From a phage: a stretch of DNA of 64,000 nucleotides. The stretch is taken from NCBI GenBank assembly GCA_012455605.1, contig GCA_012455605.1_3618.1. The stretch is one strand, 5' to 3'. Of this stretch, positions 37,975 through 46,345 are shown piece by piece. The position numbers and the translations under genes were made by a program. The notes below the pieces were generated by a model, which was given only the letters and a program-made list of their open reading frames with translations, was not told where the DNA came from and searched no databases. Positions within the stretch are counted from its first letter, which is position 1. Each line of letters opens with the position of its first letter.

Positions 37975-38267
37975 TCTCCCTCTACCGTGGTCGGATTGTC
38001 AGTAAGAAATTGAGCATTGGCTGGAGGCACGCCTGACATTTTCCACACAACCATAAGTTTGTAACCAGGCACTCTATTAAGTGCAGATCGAGTAGAGTTT
38101 GTGCACGTATACTTTCGCTTTCCAAACCCGTTCTCCATCATAATCCAGTACCCAGTATCTTTGTCACCAGGTATCGGTAGACCACCTTCATCAACCCACT
38201 GAATGGACCACGGCACGATGGCTACAGCTTTATATTTAAACTTTTTAAACCACTCAAAAAGTTTCAT
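37971..38267 (-). CDS. hypothetical protein
   Basis: 98 aa. Confidence 0.45.
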   Translation of the reverse strand: MKLFEWFKKFKYKAVAIVPWSIQWVDEGGLPIPGDKDTGYWIMMENGFGKRKYTCTNSTRSALNRVPGYKLMVVWKMSGVPPANAQFLTDNPTTVEGD

Positions 38268-38452
38268 AATTCAGCCTCGCTTGGCAACTCTTCTACCTTA
38301 ACATGCCGAAAAGTGTTACCGTAATGGTTGATCCATGACATCAGCTCGCTTTCTTGCTCTTCCTCTGGGATGAACTCTCGAATGCTGACAAGTTTTAAGA
38401 AAACCCAATCACAATCTGCACCCATTCTACCAGACAGGCAATAGTGCTTCAT
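38264..38452 (-). CDS. hypothetical protein
   Basis: 62 aa. Confidence 0.35.
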   Translation of the reverse strand: MKHYCLSGRMGADCDWVFLKLVSIREFIPEEEQESELMSWINHYGNTFRHVKVEELPSEAEL

Positions 38453-38470
38453 AAAACCCTCCTGCCTGGT

Positions 38471-38665
38471 TTAGAATATTGCTTCTTCCATTGCGCCTGA
38501 GAGCAACAAAGAGGTGATCTGGCTAACATTCATCTCAGACTCTACTTCCTCCCCTTTGAAAGGTTCGCGGCAGAATAGGACTGTTTCAGGACTTTTACTT
38601 CGAACAATATAATACAAATCATTCAATGTGTTGTAGTAATAAGTGTTAAAACGTAAGTTTTTCAT
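38471..38665 (-). CDS. hypothetical protein
   Basis: 64 aa. Confidence 0.35.
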   Translation of the reverse strand: MKNLRFNTYYYNTLNDLYYIVRSKSPETVLFCREPFKGEEVESEMNVSQITSLLLSGAMEEAIF

Positions 38666-38949
38666 TTTCTAGTCCTCTTCTTAGATTTTTGGGGAGAAAC
38701 GCTTTCTGCAATACGAGACAGACGTTCTTCTGAAGCCTTACCTACTCCAGGTTTTTTAAGTGGATTATCTTTATGACCACAATCCAACTGGATATTGGAT
38801 ACCTCTCCAACTTTGTAAGTCAATTCTAGTAAAAGGTTGTCGTCCTTGTCAAATGTTTTTACGATAAATTTTTTATCGTTCTCCTGAACTTCATATCTGG
38901 TACCTGCAGTATACAGCATGGTGCCATCAGCATAGGATATCCAGATCAT
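38662..38949 (-). CDS. hypothetical protein
   Basis: 95 aa. Confidence 0.45.
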   Translation of the reverse strand: MIWISYADGTMLYTAGTRYEVQENDKKFIVKTFDKDDNLLLELTYKVGEVSNIQLDCGHKDNPLKKPGVGKASEERLSRIAESVSPQKSKKRTRK

Positions 38950-39293
38950 TGAGCCTCCTTTTGCTGCAACAGCATTAACTCTTTGTTAGAGATCTTTACT
39001 GCTGTTTTTATTGTTCCATCTTCACGAAACCACGACCAGAACTCTACAGTGTCACCACTATCAAGTAAAGCATGCCCATGGTAAAAATCTTTGTCCTTAG
39101 ACAGTTTCTCATCTATATCTGCATCAACACATTCGTGATCCATAGCATTTTGCCTGAACGCATCGGTTATGCCAATGCACGCCTTGCTCTCAAGACTGGT
39201 ATATCCGATATCTTTTAATTCAGTTTCCCAAGTCCAGTACCCTATAAAAGCTAAAACAGCTACCCACAGTAATAACGTTTTAATCTTTGGCAT
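38946..39293 (-). CDS. putative secreted or membrane-anchored protein
   Basis: N-terminal MPKIKTLLLWVAVLAFIGYWTW. Confidence 0.45.
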   Translation of the reverse strand: MPKIKTLLLWVAVLAFIGYWTWETELKDIGYTSLESKACIGITDAFRQNAMDHECVDADIDEKLSKDKDFYHGHALLDSGDTVEFWSWFREDGTIKTAVKISNKELMLLQQKEAQ

Positions 39294-39355
39294 TCTCTCT
39301 ACCTCTCTCTTAGTTTATTTCACTATGGCACATCCTTTGTGCCATATCTCAACTA

Positions 39356-39826
39356 CTACTTAAATAGTAGTTCAAAATAGTGCAAAATTAACAGAAGTTG
39401 AACTACACCTAGTGCAACGGCGAGTATGTTAATCTTAGAATCGAAAAACTTCTTAACTTTTACTCTAAAAGGTTCCTTAATGTCCTTTACGATCCTATCT
39501 ATAGATGACCTCATATCTCTGATTACCATCCTGAACATTAAAGACGGATGCTCCCCCATCTCTGTAACGGAATCGAAAACATACTCTCTTCGGTCATAAG
39601 GGCCGCCAGCTCTGCGTATTAACCTCTCCACAGAGACCTCGAACGTCACACCTGTAACGTAATCATCTATAACAAGTCGTGACGGGTCTTTACCTTTACT
39701 ATCAAGAGGTATCAAAGTTATCTTTCCAGATTTTGTTAAAATTTCCCCTTTTTCAAGCAAGGTGTACCAATGCTCTCTGCCAAGACTGTTGAGGCACGTT
39801 TTTACATATTTAACAAACATCGTCAC
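39356..39826 (-). CDS. hypothetical protein with C-terminal hydrophobic segment
   Basis: 156 aa; ends ILAVALGVVQLLLILHYF. Confidence 0.45.
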   Translation of the reverse strand: MTMFVKYVKTCLNSLGREHWYTLLEKGEILTKSGKITLIPLDSKGKDPSRLVIDDYVTGVTFEVSVERLIRRAGGPYDRREYVFDSVTEMGEHPSLMFRMVIRDMRSSIDRIVKDIKEPFRVKVKKFFDSKINILAVALGVVQLLLILHYFELLFK

Positions 39827-40026
39827 CCCTCATCGCACGTCTGATATAACCACTCTATAAAATCTTGATACCATTCGCCCTCTGAGCGCTCCGTAGGCCA
39901 ATAATCTTCACCCTCTCGTGCATTAAAATCTGAGTATTCAACTTTCCACTCCTTTACCAGCTCGTGGAGAAGGTTTTCAGCCTGCTCTAAAGATTTATTT
40001 TTTACCATTGCTGTCTCCTTTTTCAA
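39823..40026 (-). CDS. hypothetical protein
   Basis: 67 aa. Confidence 0.4.
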   Translation of the reverse strand: MKKETAMVKNKSLEQAENLLHELVKEWKVEYSDFNAREGEDYWPTERSEGEWYQDFIEWLYQTCDEG

Positions 40027-40227
40027 GATAGTTATACATCAGAACTGCACCACCTAAGATGGCTACCAGTAACAATATCCCAGATAGCATCTCAATAAAC
40101 ATGGCTTGAAACACTGGAAGGTCTCCCTAAATTAACGCACCATTTTAAATACATGCTCTTTTCCCATAAAGGTGCCTGGCTAAGATCTGCGTAGAACGCA
40201 ATCTCTTTAAGAACAGTATAGATAGTT

Positions 40228-40455
40228 TTAGGTGCGGTCTCCATCCCTACTCTCCTTCCTGATATTCTTGTAGTAATCAACTAGGCACATTATTACGATG
40301 AAGATAACAACAGGCCAAAAAGGTGCAGCAGTGATGATGGTGATAAAATCATCAAACTTCACCCTTCGTCTGGACACGATGCATACACCTGTCAAGAATA
40401 CCGCTGTTATAACGGATATTACCAGGTAACCTATTAACACAACATTTATACTCAT
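40228..40455 (-). CDS. putative membrane protein
   Basis: Two hydrophobic segments. Confidence 0.4.
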   Translation of the reverse strand: MSINVVLIGYLVISVITAVFLTGVCIVSRRRVKFDDFITIITAAPFWPVVIFIVIMCLVDYYKNIRKESRDGDRT

Positions 40456-40485
40456 TAGCCTTCCCTTTATAGGTTAAATTGTATA

Positions 40486-41019
40486 CTACAGATGGTTGCT
40501 TATGGTGTCAAGAAAAGTATCCCGTTCTTTCTTGGAGTTTTCACAGGTGTAGCTGAAAAACATATCTAGAATAACCTTATTGATATATTCCAGCTCCTCC
40601 GTGTTCAGGTACTTAGCAGGATCTACAATGACATCCCAAGTCTCATACAGACCGCACTCATGATACCCCCAACGCTGCTCAATTGTCAAGCTGAGCGGCA
40701 AATCTTTACCGTCACAAACAACCTTCCATCTACAAATGCTGGTATCTGGGCGCAACTGTGTACGGTATACCTGTACAAAATCCAATCTGAATTTGAGGTA
40801 CTCGTCATACAATTTAAGCACAAAGCTCTCAATTTGTGGAGACACTTTTGCAGCAAACTGTGCGTATTTATACTTGCACTGGATGATCTTTCTGCGTTTC
40901 GCAGTTAAATTTTTTGCAGCCAGTTGTTCTTCAGTATATCTCCATCTACGATCAACAAACGCAACAGGGTCTTTGTCCCCATAGAGGTCTTCCCAGTTAA
41001 TAAGAAGCATACCTGTCAC
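40486..41019 (-). CDS. hypothetical protein
   Basis: 177 aa. Confidence 0.5.
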   Translation of the reverse strand: MTGMLLINWEDLYGDKDPVAFVDRRWRYTEEQLAAKNLTAKRRKIIQCKYKYAQFAAKVSPQIESFVLKLYDEYLKFRLDFVQVYRTQLRPDTSICRWKVVCDGKDLPLSLTIEQRWGYHECGLYETWDVIVDPAKYLNTEELEYINKVILDMFFSYTCENSKKERDTFLDTISNHL

Positions 41020-41249
41020 TCCTCCACAACTTCAAGGCCTTTGCCGCCTCGTTCTGGTAGATTACTTAAAGATAGGTAATATGTATAGTCAGGAGAGATC
41101 CTGCCAGACTCTGCACCTGCAGCTAATAAATCTTTTCCCTTAACCATGACAACATTATCGTTTGCAGATAGCCGTTTTGCTTCCACAATTTTACCAATGC
41201 AGTCAACCAAAGAAGGGTACCCTAAATCTGTAAGAAATTTAACTTTCAT
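41016..41249 (-). CDS. small protein of the MKVK-LD family (C-terminal LEVVEE)
   Basis: Paralog of 37219 and 37463. Confidence 0.5.
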   Translation of the reverse strand: MKVKFLTDLGYPSLVDCIGKIVEAKRLSANDNVVMVKGKDLLAAGAESGRISPDYTYYLSLSNLPERGGKGLEVVEE

Positions 41250-41288
41250 GCTACCTCCTACTTCTACCGTCCCTGGTAAGATAAATTA

Positions 41289-41687
41289 TTACTGAACAGA
41301 GCGCGGAGCCGGGAAGGATAACTCTTCTAAAGAGAAGATTTCATTTCCCACAATCCATGTTGCCGGATCATCCGGGTTGACTGGATAGATAATCATCACC
41401 TCGTCCGTGCTACATACCCGCTTTTTACCTGTAGAGTTATCAGCAACTAGCATACGAGGCTCTTCAGAGATACACAGGTATCCGCCACGTCCAACTGTCC
41501 CTTCTACAGGGTCCTGGCCTTTTATTACGATGATTATCTTCTCTCCTGAGACGATATTACCTTGCACACTAACAGTTTGACCAACTTTAGATGTGCCGAA
41601 CTTGGTGGTTTCAAACATTAAATCTCGAATTACTGTTGCATAGTCTCCAGACACTTTCTTACCTTCTTTAGTGATCTCAATCTTCAT
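41289..41687 (-). CDS. hypothetical protein
   Basis: 132 aa. Confidence 0.45.
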   Translation of the reverse strand: MKIEITKEGKKVSGDYATVIRDLMFETTKFGTSKVGQTVSVQGNIVSGEKIIIVIKGQDPVEGTVGRGGYLCISEEPRMLVADNSTGKKRVCSTDEVMIIYPVNPDDPATWIVGNEIFSLEELSFPAPRSVQ

Positions 41688-41959
41688 ACACTGGGCTCCT
41701 TAAATGAATCTATATAGTCAATTAAATCCCAAGCATCCCTATGGCCTGTCATAGGGTATACTTCTCCGAGAGGGATCATAGCAATAAGTCTATCAAAAAC
41801 CCAGTCTGGACGCAACATTTTATGGTGATATTCCCACTCACCTTCCACAGATTTTTTCTGAGTGATCAGGATCTCTGTGTAGTGTTTCGCCTGTCTTGAG
41901 TAGATTGAAAATGACTTGTACATAAATGACCCCCTCTTGTTGAAAACAACAATACACAA
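41684..41959 (-). CDS. hypothetical protein
   Basis: 91 aa. Confidence 0.4.
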   Translation of the reverse strand: MCIVVFNKRGSFMYKSFSIYSRQAKHYTEILITQKKSVEGEWEYHHKMLRPDWVFDRLIAMIPLGEVYPMTGHRDAWDLIDYIDSFKEPSV

Positions 41960-42313
41960 CTACCAGGTTACTGTCAAGTAGGCAACCGTATTATTTTTCT
42001 CTGGGGAGATGCCAACAACATCTACCTGCAGACCTCCTGCCCTTAAATCTCCAACAATGTGCGGGAAGTAATCTGAGAGATGCGAGGGTAGATTTATCGA
42101 AAATCCGCACCCCAGAAAGCCTGCTAACGCTTTATTTTGTATCTCCCCCACAATCGCATCATAAATGGAGTTAAGCTCGTCAGGAAGCGTTACAGGACGT
42201 TTTAGCGCTAACTGGTGTAATTTGTCCTTAGCACTCATTTTCATTTCAGGTCTACCTCTGGAGGTGCCAACCACATAAATGGCGGCAGGTCTAAACGGTT
42301 CTTCTTGTCCCAC
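41960..42313 (-). CDS. hypothetical protein
   Basis: 117 aa. Confidence 0.4.
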   Translation of the reverse strand: MGQEEPFRPAAIYVVGTSRGRPEMKMSAKDKLHQLALKRPVTLPDELNSIYDAIVGEIQNKALAGFLGCGFSINLPSHLSDYFPHIVGDLRAGGLQVDVVGISPEKNNTVAYLTVTW

Positions 42314-42774
42314 ACAAAATATGCATATGCTTGCCCGTCAGTTCTGCCATTCGATTGGAATGATGGACGCTTAGATATTGTGATCACAGTGGTAGGTGCA
42401 TTATCAAGCCACCATTCAAATCTGGCTTTGCTTTCCAAAAAATTAAGACGCAAAAGCATAATAACTACGTCAGCATCTTTCAACGCCTTGTCTACAAACT
42501 CACGAGCCAGGCTGTACGGTGGGTTGGTGATAATACAGTCAACATGGTTGTATTCTGTATTCAGATAGTCAACACCTTCTTGGATTTCTCCCCATGCAGA
42601 TCCTAACGGCATACGGGAGTAGAACACACCTGAGGCGCTATTCCTGCAAGGCTCTAGGTAGGTCCAGTCTTCTGGGAACGGAATAAGGTCATACAGCCCT
42701 TCTGCACACCACTCCGGTGTCACATACTCATCGTAGGCGTTACGTTGTTCATCAGGTTTTCTAGCACAAGTCAT
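42241..42774 (-). CDS. small N6-adenine methyltransferase-like protein
   Basis: YVTPEW...YLEPCRNSASGVFY then DCIITNPPYS (motif IV NPPY); 177 aa. Confidence 0.55.
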   Translation of the reverse strand: MTCARKPDEQRNAYDEYVTPEWCAEGLYDLIPFPEDWTYLEPCRNSASGVFYSRMPLGSAWGEIQEGVDYLNTEYNHVDCIITNPPYSLAREFVDKALKDADVVIMLLRLNFLESKARFEWWLDNAPTTVITISKRPSFQSNGRTDGQAYAYFVWDKKNRLDLPPFMWLAPPEVDLK

Positions 42775-42785
42775 GCAAATCTCCA

Positions 42786-42814
42786 GATCATAAAAGCCCT
42801 CCGAAGAGGGCTTT
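42786..42814 (-). terminator. rho-independent terminator on the minus strand (AGCCCTC-TTCG-GAGGGCT then UUUUAUG)
   Basis: Stem-loop between the ClpP-like gene and the downstream methyltransferase. Confidence 0.5.
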
Positions 42815-42825
42815 AGAATTAATGT

Positions 42826-43875
42826 TTAAGCTTCTTCGACAATTCCTGCACCCAGGATTTTTTCATTGAGCTCTTTTGCTGTTTTAATAATATTGTCCAC
42901 CAGACGCTTGCGGGTCTTATCTTTAACCTGAACTTCTTCACCTCCGTTCAGGGTGGTTTTCAATTGGGACAAAATGTCCTGAAGCTCTACCACAGAGAAC
43001 CGCTGCAGATCTTCCGAGGTAATCTCACCCAGTGCAATCTTAATGGTCTCACCGCTCTCCATCTGCAGATTCAGGAACACAGTGTGAACATCACCTTTCA
43101 TACCATTTGCTTTTGCAGACTCAACAGCATGAACCAGCTCGTCCAGAGATGTGCATTGGTGAATCTCTGGCAGGCCTGCTTCACCTAGCACGCCTTCTTC
43201 ATCACTTTTTGCCAAAAGCTTTTTCGGTTTCTGTCCATTCTGAATGCGCTGAATGTTTTCATCGTCCAGAATAATAGCACCAGTTCGAGATGCCAGCTCT
43301 TCCCCATCTAACCACACTTCGCCGCCAGCTGTGATGGATGCGATCTCATCTTCTGTTAGCACTCCACCGTAGTATTTTTCGATCAGGCGTTCAAAACGTT
43401 TCTTCCAGTAGTTGACCTGGGTATTCATGTTCACACCGTTACCATAGGTGCCACCTTGATAGTAGTGGAACATAAATTCTGTGTCCGGAGCCACAGTTCG
43501 TTCTTTGCAACCCAGCCATAAGATTGTTCCTGCCGAGCAGCACATCCCTTCAGCGTGTACAACAACGCTTGCCTGAGACTCGCGGAATGCCTGCAAATAC
43601 GCCATAGCGATGTGAACGCAACCACCAGGACTGTTAATAATCACCCGAATGCTTTCTTCCGGCTGAGCCATACGGATCGTCTGCAGACGAGACATATGAT
43701 CTTGTAAGTCTTCCAAATCGTCGATATAAAGAACGTGGTCAACAACAGGTGTTGGGTAGCTGTATGTTTCCATAATACCACCCGGCATACCGAACATTTT
43801 ATTACTCATAGGTTCGAAACCGTTCTGTTTTTCTTTCGTGCCGTGTACCATGGTGCTGCGATGTGTTAAATTCAT
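42826..43875 (-). CDS. ClpP-family serine protease-like protein
   Basis: INSPGGCVHIAMAY and GMCCSAGTIL resemble the ClpP INSPGG and catalytic-Ser motifs. Confidence 0.6.
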   Translation of the reverse strand: MNLTHRSTMVHGTKEKQNGFEPMSNKMFGMPGGIMETYSYPTPVVDHVLYIDDLEDLQDHMSRLQTIRMAQPEESIRVIINSPGGCVHIAMAYLQAFRESQASVVVHAEGMCCSAGTILWLGCKERTVAPDTEFMFHYYQGGTYGNGVNMNTQVNYWKKRFERLIEKYYGGVLTEDEIASITAGGEVWLDGEELASRTGAIILDDENIQRIQNGQKPKKLLAKSDEEGVLGEAGLPEIHQCTSLDELVHAVESAKANGMKGDVHTVFLNLQMESGETIKIALGEITSEDLQRFSVVELQDILSQLKTTLNGGEEVQVKDKTRKRLVDNIIKTAKELNEKILGAGIVEEA

Positions 43876-43935
43876 GAGAAATCCTTAATATTGGAAGTTG
43901 AAAGCTGTTTATTTAAACCTGATTCACATTTACCT

Positions 43936-44247
43936 TTATTTAGCAATCACTATGGAATACTTACGATTGTCAGAAGCATCACAGCTCAGTGATTGCCAGT
44001 CTACCACATACCACGTATCATTGTCAACAATTACTTTATCGCCTGTTCTGTAGCAGGTGCTGCTTTCAATAATCCGAGACTCGATAAAGAATCTGTGTCG
44101 GCGCTCACGTAGCAACGCTAAGTTGATTATATTACCACCACTGTCCTTGATCCATACATTCTTGGATCCTTTATATGCCAGAATTGTCTCGCCGTTATAG
44201 ACAAACAGGCAGTATATTTTATTCAGTTTCTCTTGTACTGTAGCCAT
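43936..44247 (-). CDS. hypothetical protein
   Basis: 103 aa. Confidence 0.45.
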   Translation of the reverse strand: MATVQEKLNKIYCLFVYNGETILAYKGSKNVWIKDSGGNIINLALLRERRHRFFIESRIIESSTCYRTGDKVIVDNDTWYVVDWQSLSCDASDNRKYSIVIAK

Positions 44248-44345
44248 ACTATCTCCTTCTCCTTGTCCGATAATAATATCTAAAGCTTACCTGTTTGTCA
44301 ACAAATGTTTTAGATATCTAAGGGTGGAATAACCACCCTTCTGTG

Positions 44346-45134
44346 TTACTCGGAAACAGGGGTCCAAATATGATTTGCACGATCCTCAATAAGATTGAGT
44401 GCAATCTGACGACCCAATCCGGAACGAACGACATCGTCTGGACTATCAAAGCTGATCATTCCAACCTCAGGATCTGGATGACGAGTAAAGAAATCCGTCA
44501 CCCATGCAAGTCCAGATTTACCAGGGATGTCACGTTGGCTATTATCGCCCATGATTACAAGGGTGGCCTGATCAGAGATCCTTGTGATAATTGACAACAT
44601 TTCTTCAGGGTTAGTTTGCTGTGCCTCGTCAATCAGGACAAAGCATCGCTCATCGAAACTACGACCACGAATGCTTTCAACCTCACAAATCTCGATACGG
44701 CTGTTCTGACCATCTCCCAGCATTGCGGCAAAAGCACCTTTGCCAACACGACGACAAATAGTGTCCATCATGCTTCGAAGATAAGGCCACAGTTTCTGCA
44801 TTGCATTACCGGGTTTAAATCCTGAAGTCTTTCCTGTCTGAACGTAAGGACGTGCAACAATGATCTTATCAATCTCGTTCTTACGCAGAAGATCACCTGC
44901 ATATGCAGATGCCATGAATGTCTTACCGGATCCAAACACACCGTTTACAATAATAATCTTACGTGACCCTAGATAATCAAGATACTTTTGCTGCTTCTTA
45001 TTCATTGGTCGGAGAGCTGGAGCGGTGTGCTCTCGTTCGTCAGCAAATTTCTCAGCAGCCTTACGCAGGCGATCAGATTTGCGAGCCTCTCTAGCTTCAT
45101 CACGCATGCGTTTTGTTTCTTTAGCTCGACCCAT
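44346..45134 (-). CDS. phoH: PhoH-like ATPase
   Basis: Walker A GVFGSGKTFMA; Walker B-like VLIDEAQQ; size and layout typical of phage PhoH. Confidence 0.8.
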   Translation of the reverse strand: MGRAKETKRMRDEAREARKSDRLRKAAEKFADEREHTAPALRPMNKKQQKYLDYLGSRKIIIVNGVFGSGKTFMASAYAGDLLRKNEIDKIIVARPYVQTGKTSGFKPGNAMQKLWPYLRSMMDTICRRVGKGAFAAMLGDGQNSRIEICEVESIRGRSFDERCFVLIDEAQQTNPEEMLSIITRISDQATLVIMGDNSQRDIPGKSGLAWVTDFFTRHPDPEVGMISFDSPDDVVRSGLGRQIALNLIEDRANHIWTPVSE

Positions 45135-45172
45135 GTTGGGACTCCTTTCAGATTGAGATGTGCCAAGTACTT

Positions 45173-45523
45173 TTACTGCAACAGTTTTTCAATAGCCGCT
45201 TCCATGCTGCTTGCAACAGCCTGAACTCGGATATTCATCTCTTCTTGGTGGATCAGCTCCTTAAGCTCTTTAATGGTAAATTCTTTAGAGAAACCTTCCA
45301 CCATAATCTTGTGTAAGGCTTCTTGCGTGCCTACTTGCAAGAACTTTTCCAGTTTGTTGGCAGAGGCTTCTAAATCAGCCCGAATACGAGGGTCATCTGT
45401 GCGATTCAGCATTAGGCGTAAGCCATCAAGATTAGTAGAAATAGCGTCTGCATGTTGAGTAACTAACCGTGGCAAAATGAGATCTACAAACTTATTAGCC
45501 AAATCGATACGTTCTTGTGTCAC
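45173..45523 (-). CDS. hypothetical protein
   Basis: 116 aa; GTG start overlapping the upstream stop (GTGA). Confidence 0.45.
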   Translation of the reverse strand: MTQERIDLANKFVDLILPRLVTQHADAISTNLDGLRLMLNRTDDPRIRADLEASANKLEKFLQVGTQEALHKIMVEGFSKEFTIKELKELIHQEEMNIRVQAVASSMEAAIEKLLQ

Positions 45524-45633
45524 TGTTGCACCCCCTCTTCATCCTCATGATATTTCTTTTCACGCTTGTGTTTTTTCTTAAGCTCAAGCGCAATTTCTTT
45601 TTTGTACGCCTTCTTCAAGGCTTTTTTAGCCAT
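45520..45633 (-). CDS. small lysine-rich protein (37 aa)
   Basis: ORF below the track cutoff; GGAGGAGG upstream; sits between a consensus promoter and the next gene. Confidence 0.4.
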   Translation of the reverse strand: MAKKALKKAYKKEIALELKKKHKREKKYHEDEEGVQQ

Positions 45634-45664
45634 TTGGCACCTCCTCCGCTTTCATTTTACGATA

Positions 45665-45694
45665 ATTATACCTATCTAAACAAAACTTTGTCAA
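45665..45694 (-). promoter_or_regulatory. sigma70-like promoter on the minus strand (TTGACA-N18-TATAAT)
   Basis: Perfect hexamers read on the reverse strand just downstream of the nrdG stop. Confidence 0.5.
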
Positions 45695-45697
45695 CAA

Positions 45698-46171
45698 CTA
45701 GTCTACCTGAACCCAACCGCCTGGTACTTTTTTAAACATTCTTTGGTTATCACTGCCTCGGAACGGTTTCTTGGTTGGTAAATCTTTTACATACTTACCG
45801 TCAATGATGATATCAGCCAGTTTAAGAACATCACTAGAGATATGGTCAAATGTGAACCCAGTATATACAAGAATAGTTTTCTTGTCACCAAATTTTTCCT
45901 TAATTTTCTCCATCAAGCTAATAATATCTGGCTCATTATAGTATGCTAAGGGTTCTCCCCCCAGCAGAGAGATACCGCACACAGATGGGTTATCTAAATC
46001 TGACAAGATTTTTTGTAAATCTTCTTCAGTGAACTCTCTCCCCTTATCTTTTGACCAAAATGCCTGATTAAAGCAACCAGGGCAAGCGTGTGGGCACCCA
46101 GATACCCACAAGGCAGTTCTAATACCTGGCCCTTCGGTGTAAGATATTTCTGCGTATCCGACAATATTCAT
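45698..46171 (-). CDS. nrdG: anaerobic ribonucleotide reductase activating protein NrdG (radical SAM)
   Basis: CPHACPGCFN radical-SAM cysteine motif; start set at MNIVGY, whose ATG overlaps the upstream small ORF's TGA. Confidence 0.85.
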   Translation of the reverse strand: MNIVGYAEISYTEGPGIRTALWVSGCPHACPGCFNQAFWSKDKGREFTEEDLQKILSDLDNPSVCGISLLGGEPLAYYNEPDIISLMEKIKEKFGDKKTILVYTGFTFDHISSDVLKLADIIIDGKYVKDLPTKKPFRGSDNQRMFKKVPGGWVQVD

Positions 46172-46284
46172 AGATACTCCGCATCGCATTCAGGGCAATG
46201 CCAAATAAAATCGTCCAGTGCCTTGCACCAACGAAGATTGCAACGACAACCGCACTTGCAAATTTTATAAATACCTGTAGACAT
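46168..46284 (-). CDS. small Cys-rich protein (38 aa), translationally coupled to nrdG
   Basis: MSTGIYKICKCGCRCNLRWCKALDDFIWHCPECDAEYL; AGGAGG 6 nt upstream; ATGA overlap with nrdG. Confidence 0.4.
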   Translation of the reverse strand: MSTGIYKICKCGCRCNLRWCKALDDFIWHCPECDAEYL

Positions 46285-46345
46285 ACTGTACCTCCTAGCT
46301 CGCTGTGCCAACAATATGCCACATCCTTGTGGATTTTGTCAAGTA

